Source: Candidatus Methylomirabilota bacterium (GTDB taxonomy: Bacteria; Methylomirabilota; Methylomirabilia; Rokubacteriales; CSP1-6). Taken from it: DNA of 64,000 nt. This document shows positions 9,896 through 20,317 of this stretch, piece by piece. The notes under the pieces were generated by a model that was not told the DNA's origin, did no database searches, and saw nothing but the letters and a program-made list of their open reading frames with translations. The DNA lies in contig DASTFB010000059.1 in the NCBI GenBank assembly GCA_035709005.1, positions 13,472 through 77,471 on the forward strand, given 5' to 3'. Made by a program: the position numbers and the translations under genes. Position 1 is the first letter of the stretch. The number at the start of each line of letters is the position of its first letter.

Positions 9896-10981
9896 TCACA
9901 GCGCCATCAGGGCGCGGGCGCGGCCGTGCGGGGGCTGATCGGCGCGCATGGTGTCCGGGTTCACGCCGCGCCGCAGCGCCAGGTGATACGTGAAGAGCTG
10001 CAACGGCACGACGGTGAGGATGGGCGAGAGCAGCTCGTTCACCGGGGGAATGGCGATCGTCTCGGCCGCAAGCGCGCTGATCTCCTGGTCGTCCTCCTGC
10101 ACGAGGGCCACGACCGGCGCGCCCACCTCCTTCGCCGCGCGGGCCACGGTCAGGCAGCGCTCGTAGGAGCGGCCGGGCGGGGCGATGACGAACACGACGT
10201 CGCGGGGGTCCAGCGCCGCCCACGGCCCGTGCAGGAACTGCTCGCAGTTGTAGCCGACCGTTACCGCGTGATTGGCCTCGTTCATCTTGAGGGCGCCCTC
10301 GAGCGCGGTCGCCGTGTTGGGGCCGCCTCCCACGAAGCAGTAGCAACGGCGGTCGGCGAAGCGCGCGGCCAGGTCGTCCCAGGCCTCCTGGCCGAGCAGC
10401 GTCGCGAGGTGGTCGGGAATGCCATCCAGGTCGCGACGCACCCCGTGATCGCCGCCGAGCGCGGCGGCCAGGGCCGCCAGCAAGGACATCGCGCACGTGT
10501 AGCTCACGGTGTGGGCGGCGGAGGATTCCTGCTCCACCGTGCGTAGCGTGTAGTCGGCGATGGCCAGGCCCTCGCCGCTGCCCTTGCCGGTGATGACCAG
10601 GGCCACGCCGCCGCCGGCTTTGGCCGTGGCCAGCGCCTCCAGGGAGAAACGCTTCGTGCCGCGGTGGCTGACCACGATCGCGCCCGTCCTGGGATCGGGC
10701 CCCGCCCAGTAGTTCTGGAACTCGAACGAGTGGAAGGCGCGGACGCGATGGCCGAGGCGGCCGACATGGGCCAGCAGCAGCTCGCCGACCAGGGTGGCGT
10801 GCCAGGAGGTTCCGATGCCCGAGAGCAGTACGCGGTCCATGGCCCGCAGGCGGTGGGCGGCCTCGTCCAGCACCGCTTCCTGCCCGCGGAGGACGAGGCG
10901 CAGGGCGCCGGGCTGGGCGTAGATGGCGTCGTGCATGTAGTAAGGATGGCCGGAGCGCGGGGGCGGTGGTGTCCAGGTCAT
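9896..10981 (-). CDS. Double-SIS-domain sugar-phosphate isomerase/deaminase (GlmS C-terminal/FrlB-like)
   Basis: MHDAIYAQP, GIGTSW, VSHRG, HTVSY, EGALKMNE, EQFLHGP, NPD; no glutaminase domain. Confidence 0.85.
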   Translation of the reverse strand: MTWTPPPPRSGHPYYMHDAIYAQPGALRLVLRGQEAVLDEAAHRLRAMDRVLLSGIGTSWHATLVGELLLAHVGRLGHRVRAFHSFEFQNYWAGPDPRTGAIVVSHRGTKRFSLEALATAKAGGGVALVITGKGSGEGLAIADYTLRTVEQESSAAHTVSYTCAMSLLAALAAALGGDHGVRRDLDGIPDHLATLLGQEAWDDLAARFADRRCYCFVGGGPNTATALEGALKMNEANHAVTVGYNCEQFLHGPWAALDPRDVVFVIAPPGRSYERCLTVARAAKEVGAPVVALVQEDDQEISALAAETIAIPPVNELLSPILTVVPLQLFTYHLALRRGVNPDTMRADQPPHGRARALMAL

Positions 10982-10988
10982 GGCGCGG

Positions 10989-11018
10989 ACTGTAGGCAGG
11001 GGCGCCACGAGGTGTCAA
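10989..11018 (-). promoter_or_regulatory. Sigma70-like promoter, probably giving leaderless SIS mRNA
   Basis: TTGACA-18 nt-TACAGT, then 7 nt to the ATG. Confidence 0.6.
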
Positions 11019-11118
11019 CAATCATCGCGCGCCGGCTCCGGGCAGCCGGGCGCCATCGTGTATAGTGACGCCGGTTCGATTCCCGTCCCTGTCGCGGGAC
11101 GGCGACCGGGAGCAGGGC

Positions 11119-11266
11119 ATGACACACGCGCCGAGCGAGACCGACGTCGTCAAGATGATCGACAGCATGAGCAACTGGGGCCGCCGGGGCGCTCATGCTG
11201 ACCATTGCCCCGCTCCGCTTGCAGAACGCCACCGGCTCGCCGGTGAATCCGATCGCCGTCTTCTGA
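11119..11266 (+). pseudogene. Cyclase-family gene collapsed to N- and C-terminal stubs
   Basis: MTHAPSETDVVKMIDSMSNWGRRG is joined out of frame to MLTIAPLRLQNATGSPVNPIAVF*; both ends resemble cyclase (kynurenine formamidase-like) termini. Confidence 0.75.
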
Positions 11267-11269
11267 GCC

Positions 11270-11653
11270 GTGAGTGAAGTGAGCCCGTTCCACGCCGTCA
11301 ACATCGGCCCCCGGGAACGGCGCCGGCGACTAGCACTCGGTATCGGCATGCTGGCCGTCGGCGTCATCGTCGTGGTCGCCCTCATCGCCGGCGACGCGAC
11401 GCCGGCCTGGCTGCTCCTCGCCTTTCCCTTGTTCCTCGCCGGGGCGTTGGGGATCGTTCAGGCTCGCCAGGGGACTTGAGTGCGACTCGCCGCGCGCGGC
11501 GCGCGTGACATGGACGCCGGGCCCGAGGCCGTGCCCGACTCGGAGGAAACCCGCCTGCTCCGAGCCCAGGCCATCCGGGTCTACACCGCGTCGTTCGCAG
11601 GAGCCCTGCTCCTCACGGCTCTCGGCGTGCTGGTGGCGGGTCTGTGGGAGTGA
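11270..11653 (+). CDS. Small membrane protein with in-frame UGA (11477-11479), candidate selenoprotein, 127 aa
   Basis: NIGPRERRRRL-TM-TM-QARQGT*VRLAARGARDMD... stays open to a final TM and TGA at 11651; hairpin directly after the UGA. Confidence 0.7.
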
Positions 11654-11769
11654 GCCGACCGGCCGACGGCCGCGGCGCGGCTTGTGGGCATGTACCCGGC
11701 ATGTAATACTTCCGGCCCAAGATGAGCGGGACGCGTGCCGTGTTGGGCCGCGGCGGGTAGTTTCGCGCC

Positions 11770-11967
11770 GTGCGAGCGCGGGATCTGCTGCCTGCCTGTT
11801 TCCTGCTGTTCACCGCGCTGCTCGTCTGGCCGCTCCTGAGCATCCCCAACCGGGCCGTCCTGGTGGCCGGGCTCCCCTCCCTGGTGCTCTACCTGTTCGT
11901 CATCTGGATGATCATCGTCGCCGCGCTGGTCTGGGCGGCCCGGCGCGGGAATGGGGACGGCCCATGA
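11770..11967 (+). CDS. Small two-TM protein preceding SLC5-kinase 1
   Basis: 65 aa hydrophobic ORF; ATGA overlap with the next gene; similar to 20110-20310. Confidence 0.8.
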   Translation: MRARDLLPACFLLFTALLVWPLLSIPNRAVLVAGLPSLVLYLFVIWMIIVAALVWAARRGNGDGP

Positions 11968-14933
11968 GGGCCACTCCGCTCGTCGCCGTCCTCCTGGCCT
12001 ACCTCGTCTTCCTGTTCCTGGTTGCCGCCGTCGCCGAACGCTTCCGCCACCGGCTCATGGCGCCGCGCCTGCGCACCCTGACCTACGTGATGGCCATCTC
12101 GGTCTACTGCACGGCGTGGACGTTCTATGGCAGCGTGGGCCTGGCCGCCAACCGCGGGCTGGAGTTCCTCACCATCTATCTGGGGCCGGCCCTGGTCGCG
12201 CTGATGTGGCCAACGGTGCTCCGCAAGCTGGTCCGCGTCGCCAAGGAGCAGCGGATCACCACGATCTCGGATTTCATCGCCAGCCGCTACGGCAAGTCGG
12301 CGTCGCTGGGCACCCTGGTGGCGGCGCTGGTCGTGTGCGGGATGATTCCCTACATCGCGCTCCAGCTCAAGGCGGTGACAGTGACGTTCCAGATGATGAT
12401 CCGGGAGGACTCGGTGCTGTCGGGGTACGACCCCGCGATCCTGGTGGCCGGCACCCTGGCCCTCTTCGGCATCCTGTTCGGCGCGCGCAACCTCGACTTC
12501 ACGCGCCAGCAGACGGGGCTCATGACGGCAGTGGCGGTGGAGTCCCTCGTCAAGCTGGTCGCCTTCCTGGCCGTCGGGGCCTTCGTCACCTGGGGGCTCT
12601 TCGACGGATTCGCCGCGATCTTCGCCCGGATCGTCGAGCACCCCGAGTGGTCGGCGCTCGTCACCCTGGGCGCGGCGCCCACCGCCTCCTACGACCGCTG
12701 GGCGGCGATGCTCCTGGTCTCGATGGCGGCGGTGATGTTCCTGCCCCGGCAGTTCCACGTGCTGGTGGTGCAGAATCCGGACGAACGCGACGTGCACACC
12801 GCGGCCTGGGCCTTCCCACTGTACCTGCTGGCCATCAACGCGTTCGTGCTCCCCATCGCCTTTGCCGGCCTGCTCACCTTCGGGAGCGGGACGGCGGCGG
12901 ACAGCTTCATCCTGGCCTTGCCGCTGCACGCTGGGACGGAGCTGATGGCCGTCATCGTCTTCCTGGGCGGCTTCTCGGCCGCCACGGCGATGATCGTCGT
13001 CGACTCGCTGGCGCTCTCCAAGATGATCTCCAACGATATCGTGCTGCCCATCGTCCTGCGGCGCCGCCACCTCGAGGAAGTCTACTGGGTCGGCCTGGCC
13101 TCGACCCGGCTGGGCATCCTGGTCGTCGTCATCCTGGGCTACCTCTGGGCTCACTTCGAGCGCGGCCAGTTCCTGCTGGTCGAGATGGGGTTGCTCTCGT
13201 TCATCGCGGTCGCTCAGTGCGCCCCGGCCGTGCTCCTCGGGCTGTACTGGCGGCGGGGCTGCCGCACGGGCGCGCTGACCGGCATCTCCCTGGGCTTCGC
13301 GCTGTGGTTCTACACGCTCATCATCCCGGCCCTGGTGAAGGAGGGTGTGCTGCCGATCTCTGTCCTCGAGCAGGGGCCGTTCGGCTTCTGGTGGCTGCGC
13401 CCGACGGCGTTGCTGGGCCTGGAGGGCCTGAATCCCCTCAGCCACGGCGTGTTCTGGTCGCTGCTCCTCAACATCGGCTCCTACCTGCTGGTGTCGGTCA
13501 TCGCCACCCAGGACGCCGACGAGCGCGCCCAGGCGGTGGCCTTCGTCGGGGGCGCCGCGGTGGAGCCTTCGCGAACGCCGGCCATCCTCTCGGTGCCCGA
13601 GATCGAGCGCCTGCTCCACCTCTACGTGCCCGCCGAGGAGGCGGACGCCATCCTGCGCGAGTTGCTGGTCGGCAAGGCTCCGCGGGAGCTGTCACTGCCG
13701 GACCTGCTCGACCTGCGCATCCGCCTGGAACGGATCATGGCCGCCTCGCTGGGCGCGGCGGCGGCGCGTTACATCATCGAGGACCGCTTCACCATCTCCA
13801 AGCAGGAGGCCAGTCAGCTGGTCGAATCCTTCCAGGCCATGCAGCGGTTGTTGCGGCAGAGCGAGCAGCTGCTGGCATCCGTCGTCGAGAGCGTCGACGA
13901 CTGCATCTTCACCACCGACATCGACGGGCGGCTGATCACCGTCAATCGGGCCGGCCAGCGGCTGCTGGGCCTGAGCGCCGGTGCCACGCCCGGCCAGAGC
14001 TACCTCGACGTGCTGGACGAAGCCGATCGACGCAGAGTCGGCCCGGCCATCGAGCAGGCCGTCGCCGACGGGCGGGCCTGGCGCGGCAACGTCAGCGCCC
14101 TCACGCGCAGCCGCCAGAGATTCCCCGCCCACCTGGCCATCGCCTGCGTCTTCGACGCCCAGCGGCGGGTCCTGGGCACGGTCGGCGTCCTGCGCGACCT
14201 CACCGAGCAGGTGGCGACCCAGCAGCGGCTGATCCAGCGGGAGAAGCTGGCCTCCCTGGGAGAGATGGCGGCCGGCGTGGCCCACGAGATCCGCAACCCG
14301 CTGGGCGGGATCAAGATGGCCACCCGCTTGCTCGCCTCGGGGGAGTTCAGCCGCGGTCGCATTCCGCAGGAGATGGCCCACACCATCGTGACGGGCATCG
14401 CCGAGATCGAGCGGATCATCACCGATCTGCTCGACTACGCCCGGGAGACCCGGCTCGATCCCCAGGAGTACCCGCTGGGCCTCATCCTGGGGCCGGTGGT
14501 CGCCGCGGCCGCCACCGAGGGCGAGCAGCGCGGCGTGCAGGTGAGGGCGGAAGGTCTGGAGGACGACCTCGTCGCCGCGGTCGACGGACCGCGCCTGCGG
14601 CAGGTCGTCAGCAATCTCATGAAGAACGCCCTGGAGGCGACCGAGCGCCATCCCCAGGGCCGGGTCACCGTCCGCCTGTACCAGCGGTACTCCGCCGCCG
14701 TGGTGGAAGTCGCCGACAACGGCGTGGGGATCGATCTCGAGCATCGAGACAAGATCTTCCTGCCCTTCTTCACCACCAAGCCGACGGGCACGGGGCTCGG
14801 CATGGCCATCGTCAAGAAGATCATGGATCTGCACGGCGGCGAGATCGAGGTCGACAGCCGGCCGGGCCAGGGCACGACGGTCCGGCTCGTCTTCCCGCCG
14901 GCCCCGCTGGCGGCGTCAACCAGGGTCGGATAG
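11964..14933 (+). CDS. SLC5 (sodium:solute symporter)-STAC-like-PAS histidine kinase (CrbS/CbrA-like)
   Basis: YCTAWTFYGSVG, IPYIALQLKA, FLPRQFHV, AATAM; PAS domain; H-box AHEIRNP, N-box NLMKNA, DNGVG, FFTTK, GTGLG. Confidence 0.9.
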   Translation: MRATPLVAVLLAYLVFLFLVAAVAERFRHRLMAPRLRTLTYVMAISVYCTAWTFYGSVGLAANRGLEFLTIYLGPALVALMWPTVLRKLVRVAKEQRITTISDFIASRYGKSASLGTLVAALVVCGMIPYIALQLKAVTVTFQMMIREDSVLSGYDPAILVAGTLALFGILFGARNLDFTRQQTGLMTAVAVESLVKLVAFLAVGAFVTWGLFDGFAAIFARIVEHPEWSALVTLGAAPTASYDRWAAMLLVSMAAVMFLPRQFHVLVVQNPDERDVHTAAWAFPLYLLAINAFVLPIAFAGLLTFGSGTAADSFILALPLHAGTELMAVIVFLGGFSAATAMIVVDSLALSKMISNDIVLPIVLRRRHLEEVYWVGLASTRLGILVVVILGYLWAHFERGQFLLVEMGLLSFIAVAQCAPAVLLGLYWRRGCRTGALTGISLGFALWFYTLIIPALVKEGVLPISVLEQGPFGFWWLRPTALLGLEGLNPLSHGVFWSLLLNIGSYLLVSVIATQDADERAQAVAFVGGAAVEPSRTPAILSVPEIERLLHLYVPAEEADAILRELLVGKAPRELSLPDLLDLRIRLERIMAASLGAAAARYIIEDRFTISKQEASQLVESFQAMQRLLRQSEQLLASVVESVDDCIFTTDIDGRLITVNRAGQRLLGLSAGATPGQSYLDVLDEADRRRVGPAIEQAVADGRAWRGNVSALTRSRQRFPAHLAIACVFDAQRRVLGTVGVLRDLTEQVATQQRLIQREKLASLGEMAAGVAHEIRNPLGGIKMATRLLASGEFSRGRIPQEMAHTIVTGIAEIERIITDLLDYARETRLDPQEYPLGLILGPVVAAAATEGEQRGVQVRAEGLEDDLVAAVDGPRLRQVVSNLMKNALEATERHPQGRVTVRLYQRYSAAVVEVADNGVGIDLEHRDKIFLPFFTTKPTGTGLGMAIVKKIMDLHGGEIEVDSRPGQGTTVRLVFPPAPLAASTRVG

Positions 14934-14943
14934 GAGGGAGTCC

Positions 14944-16347
<1,404 letters not shown>

Positions 16348-16379
16348 CCGGTCCCGCCGAAGAACGCCCGCCGCCGGGA

Positions 16380-16499
16380 TCAGGGCGCGGCGCCGATACC
16401 CCACTCGGCGCCGTAGCGGGCCAGGAGGAGAACGGACCCGGCCAGCGCCAGGACCAGCGAGACGACCCAGACGATGCGGCGCAGCCGCTCTCGATCCAC
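16380..16499 (-). CDS. 39-aa single-TM protein
   Basis: GGAGG RBS, GTG start; MDRERLRRIVWVVSLVLALAGSVLLLARYG. Confidence 0.55.
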   Translation of the reverse strand: MDRERLRRIVWVVSLVLALAGSVLLLARYGAEWGIGAAP

Positions 16500-16512
16500 G
16501 CCAGGCCCTCCC

Positions 16513-17448
16513 TCAGGACGTGGCTGCCACGCGCTCGAGGGCCTCGCGCAGGCTCTTGGGCGATCGGAAGGGTGAGATGTCCTCGGTGGATGGAGGCTCG
16601 TTCGTGGCCCGCTGGGCGAACTCGTCCAGCACGACCAGCGCCCGCTGGGCTTCGCGTCCGGCCTCCCGGGTGCGGCCCGTCTGGGCCAGCACCAAGGCCA
16701 GCCCGGCATGAGCGAGGTTCCGGTCGGGACGCAGGCGGAGCGACAGGCGGTAGGCCCGTTCGGCGTCCCCCGGTTGCTCCTTCGACATGCGGTTGCCGAG
16801 GCTGTGGAGCAGGCGGGCGAAGTCCTCGACGCTCGCCGCCTGATCCGCGACCAGCGAGGAGGCCCTCCGGAAGAACCGCTGGTGGAAGAGGCGATAGCGG
16901 TCGACGAGACTGTCGAGTTGGGCCCACTCGCTCTCGTCCAGGCGGGCGCGGACCTCGTCCACGAACTCCACCGGAAGCGTCTCCCATCCGGAGATGGTCA
17001 GGCGGTCGCGGACGCGATCGTAGACGTGGCCGAGCACCTCGCCGTCCAGGCGGACTCCCAGACATCCGAGCAGCGCGCCGACGCCGCCCACCGCCCGCTC
17101 CTTCTCGGAACGCCCGGTCCAGGCCGTTTCCAGGTCCTGCCGGCCCTGACGCTGGCGTTCCTCATCGGTGGGCAGGCGCGCCAGCAACCGCTGGCGGGCC
17201 GTGGGCTCGTCGACGCCGCGCGCTCTCGCGGCGAGGTAGGCGCGGAAGAGGCTCTGGGCGCGCTGCCGGGGCTGGCGCTTGTAGATCTGCAGGCTCACCA
17301 GCCCGATGATTACGACGGCGAGATAGCCGGAGTAGGGAGGCGGCAGGGCATGCTCGAGGACCCAGGTGAGCGCGACCACCGCAGCAATCACACCGAGCGC
17401 CACGAGGGCCAGCCGGGCCCGCCCACCCCGAGATGTCGAGCCGCTCAT
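16513..17448 (-). CDS. Membrane-anchored protein with C-terminal TPR-like repeats
   Basis: Two N-terminal TMs; AERAYRLSLRLRPDRNLAHAGLALVL. Confidence 0.65.
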   Translation of the reverse strand: MSGSTSRGGRARLALVALGVIAAVVALTWVLEHALPPPYSGYLAVVIIGLVSLQIYKRQPRQRAQSLFRAYLAARARGVDEPTARQRLLARLPTDEERQRQGRQDLETAWTGRSEKERAVGGVGALLGCLGVRLDGEVLGHVYDRVRDRLTISGWETLPVEFVDEVRARLDESEWAQLDSLVDRYRLFHQRFFRRASSLVADQAASVEDFARLLHSLGNRMSKEQPGDAERAYRLSLRLRPDRNLAHAGLALVLAQTGRTREAGREAQRALVVLDEFAQRATNEPPSTEDISPFRSPKSLREALERVAATS

Positions 17449-17586
17449 GGCGTCGTGATTCGCGCCCGCCGCAGGCCCGACCATCGAGATATCGGGCGGC
17501 CACGATCCACGGCCCGAGTATAGCGCGGGAGGGGCGGCGGTGTCGGGGGCGCGGGACTATAATCGGCTCCGGAGGGTTACACGTCG

Positions 17587-17964
17587 ATGGGGAAGTCCCG
17601 TGTCCTGCTCATCGAGGACGAGCCCCATATTCTGCTGTCGCTCGAGTTCCTCCTTGAGCGCGCGGGGTACGAAACCGCCTCGGCCACCGACGGCGAGGAA
17701 GGCCTCGCCCTGGCCAGGCGCCTGCGTCCCGACGTGGTCCTGCTCGACGTCATGATGCCGAAGCGCAACGGCTACGAGGTGTGCCAGGCCATCAAGGCGG
17801 ATCCGGAGCTGCGCGCGATTCCTGTGATCATGCTGAGCGCCAAGGGGCAGGAGGTGGAGGTCATGAAAGGACTCGAGCTGGGCGCCGCCGCATACGTGAC
17901 CAAGCCCTTCGGCAATGCCGAGATCCTGGAATCCATCCGTGCCGTTCTCGACGTTCGAGCGTAA
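17587..17964 (+). CDS. Stand-alone receiver-domain response regulator
   Basis: LLIEDE, VLLDVMMP, MLSA, YVTKPF; TATAAT at 17557 and a GGAGG RBS. Confidence 0.92.
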   Translation: MGKSRVLLIEDEPHILLSLEFLLERAGYETASATDGEEGLALARRLRPDVVLLDVMMPKRNGYEVCQAIKADPELRAIPVIMLSAKGQEVEVMKGLELGAAAYVTKPFGNAEILESIRAVLDVRA

Positions 17965-20113
17965 GCTTCCCCTCAGCCTCGTCACTCTTCTGGCGATCAT
18001 CATCCTGGCTGCTTCCGCAGTCGTCGCCGCCCTGTTCCTCGGCGTCCGGCCTCCGCTCTCGTCGGCCGTGGCCGCGGCGATCGTTCTGGTTGGCCTCGGC
18101 CTCGCCGCGCTCATGGTCCGCCGCCTGGCTGGCCGCCGCCTCGAGGAGATCCGGCTGGGAGCGGAACTGATGGCGACGGTCAATCCCGAGCACCGGCTTC
18201 CCATCCGGCCCGGCGACTGGTTGGCACCGGTGGCTGAGGAGATCAACCGGATGGCCGACCGCCTGGGCGAGGCTCGGCAGGGGCTTGAACGCGAGGTGCA
18301 GCGGGCGACGCAAGAGCTCGACGCCGAGCGGAGCCGGCTGGCCGGCGTGCTGGAGACGCTGGGCGAGGGCGTGGCGGTGGCGACGTCCGAGGGGCGCGTC
18401 GTCCTGGCCAACCGTGCCGCCCATGCGGTGCTCGGGGTCGGCCCGGGCGGTCTGCTTGGCCGGAGCCTCTTCGATCTCGTCGACCGCGAGAAGGTCATCC
18501 ACTTCTTCGACCGGCTCCGAACGGCGCCGGCGGGGGCCGAGCGCTTCAGCCTCCACCCGCCCGGTGGCGCCATCCTCGATAGCGTCATGACGCCGCTGTT
18601 CGACGACGCCCACCGGCTGATCGGCTTCACCCTGGTGTTCCACGACGTCACCGGGCCCGCCCGCACGGCGGAGGCCCGGCGTCACTCGCTGGCCGAGATC
18701 CTCCACGAGTTGCGCGGTCCCATCGCCTCTGTCCGGTCGCTGTCGGAGAGCCTTCTCGGCGAGCCGGCCTTCGCCCGGGCGCCGGATCGACGCTTGCTGG
18801 AGGCTATCTATGCCGAAGCGGTCCGCCTGTCCGCCGTGGTCCGGGACATGGGCGAGCCCTCGCGACTGGGGCTAGCCCGGCCACCCTGGCATTTCGAGGA
18901 GATCTCGTTCGAGGACCTGGCCGCCATCGCCCTCCGCCGCCTGCGTGAGGACGGCGTCGCCTTCGCCGAGGTAGAGGTTATCGGCGAGCCGTCCCCGTCG
19001 CCACGGCTCAGGGCCGAGGTCTCCGCGCTCAGCGCGGCCCTCGGCCACCTGTTGCGGTCCCTCCTGGCCCAGCGCGACCGACGGGGCAAGGCCTGGTTGC
19101 GTCCGCGACGGCGCGGGCGCCTGCTCCAGATCGAGGCGGGCGCCGAGAGCCGCGCCGGTTGGATGGGCCTGGATGCGTTGCTGGACGTGCCCGTTCCGGT
19201 GGGTGGGACCGGCCCGGTGTCGGTACGGAACATCGTCCGACAGCACGCCGGCGAGGTGTGGGCCTACGGCGATGACGGCCGGGTCGGCTTCCGGATCACG
19301 CTGCCCGATGTGGAGCCGTGGGAGCCCGCCGTGGGGGCGGCGGGAGTGGCGCCGGGGGCGGGCTTCATCGGCGCCGGCACCGCATCGGGGCTCGCCCGCG
19401 AAGAGCCGGACGCCGAGCGCCCCGACTTCTACGACTTCTCGCTCTTCGACGAGATGGACCGCCACGTCGTGGCCACCGACCGGGAACGGCCCCTCGGCGA
19501 CGTCCCCTGCGTGGTTTTCGACATCGAGACCACCGGGCTCCGGCCGGAAGAGGGCGACCGGATCGTGTCCATCGCGGGGGTGCGGGTCCGGGGCGGCATG
19601 GTGAAGCGGGGGGAAACCTTCGACGCCCTCGTCAACCCCCGGCGCTCGATTCCGTCGTCGAGCGTCAAGTTCCACGGCATCACCGACGGTATGGTGGCCG
19701 AGGCGCCCCCCATCGACGTCGTGCTGCCGGCCTTCCTGCGGTTTGCCGATGGTGCCGTGCTGGTCGGTCACCAGGTGTGGTTCGACGTCCATTTCCTCGC
19801 TCTCGAGGCGGCGCGTCTGGGGCTGCCGCCGATCACGTTGGTCCACCCCGTCCTGGACACCCTCGTCCTCTCCGAGCTCGTGCACGGGGTCCTCCCGGGC
19901 CACAGCCTGGAGGCAGTGGCCGCGCGCCTGCGGGTGGCCGTCCGCGGGCGGCACTCGGCGCTGGGCGACGCGCTCACGACCGCCGACATCTTCGTGCGCC
20001 TGGTCGAGCTCTTGAAGAGGCGGGAGATCGTGACACTGGGGCACGCCCTGGACGCGACGCGCAAGGTCCACGGAGCGCGGGCCGACGACGTCACCCCCGG
20101 GGCGGGCCCGTGA
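17939..20113 (+). CDS. TM-HAMP-PAS-degenerate kinase core-DEDDh exonuclease fusion (start uncertain, 17915 or 17939)
   Basis: Two TMs, EINRMAD (HAMP), PAS, HELRGP, then VVFDIETTG, GHQVWFD, HSALGD. Confidence 0.8.
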   Translation: MPFSTFERKLPLSLVTLLAIIILAASAVVAALFLGVRPPLSSAVAAAIVLVGLGLAALMVRRLAGRRLEEIRLGAELMATVNPEHRLPIRPGDWLAPVAEEINRMADRLGEARQGLEREVQRATQELDAERSRLAGVLETLGEGVAVATSEGRVVLANRAAHAVLGVGPGGLLGRSLFDLVDREKVIHFFDRLRTAPAGAERFSLHPPGGAILDSVMTPLFDDAHRLIGFTLVFHDVTGPARTAEARRHSLAEILHELRGPIASVRSLSESLLGEPAFARAPDRRLLEAIYAEAVRLSAVVRDMGEPSRLGLARPPWHFEEISFEDLAAIALRRLREDGVAFAEVEVIGEPSPSPRLRAEVSALSAALGHLLRSLLAQRDRRGKAWLRPRRRGRLLQIEAGAESRAGWMGLDALLDVPVPVGGTGPVSVRNIVRQHAGEVWAYGDDGRVGFRITLPDVEPWEPAVGAAGVAPGAGFIGAGTASGLAREEPDAERPDFYDFSLFDEMDRHVVATDRERPLGDVPCVVFDIETTGLRPEEGDRIVSIAGVRVRGGMVKRGETFDALVNPRRSIPSSSVKFHGITDGMVAEAPPIDVVLPAFLRFADGAVLVGHQVWFDVHFLALEAARLGLPPITLVHPVLDTLVLSELVHGVLPGHSLEAVAARLRVAVRGRHSALGDALTTADIFVRLVELLKRREIVTLGHALDATRKVHGARADDVTPGAGP

Positions 20114-20310
20114 AGGGCGTGACCGGGAAGCTGGTGCTGCTGTTCATCGGGGGCGCGCTCCTCCTGAACTTCCCGCTGCTCGCCATCTTCAACCGCGGCC
20201 TGGTCGTGGGCGGGGTCCCGGGGCTGTACCTTTATCTGTTCGGCCTCTGGATCGTCGGCATCGCCGCCGTGTACGTCCTGGCCCGCACCCCGTGGGACGA
20301 CGAGGGTTGA
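20110..20310 (+). CDS. Small two-TM protein preceding SLC5-kinase 2
   Basis: GTGA overlap; LLNFPLLAIFNR..GVPGLYLYLFGLW, similar to 11770-11967. Confidence 0.8.
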   Translation: MKGVTGKLVLLFIGGALLLNFPLLAIFNRGLVVGGVPGLYLYLFGLWIVGIAAVYVLARTPWDDEG

Positions 20311-20317
20311 GCCGGCC

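Noticed and set aside
9896-10981. glmS
   Set aside because: There is no N-terminal glutaminase domain.
19480-20113. DNA polymerase III epsilon (dnaQ)
   Set aside because: The DEDDh domain is fused to TM/HAMP/PAS domains in a sensor context.
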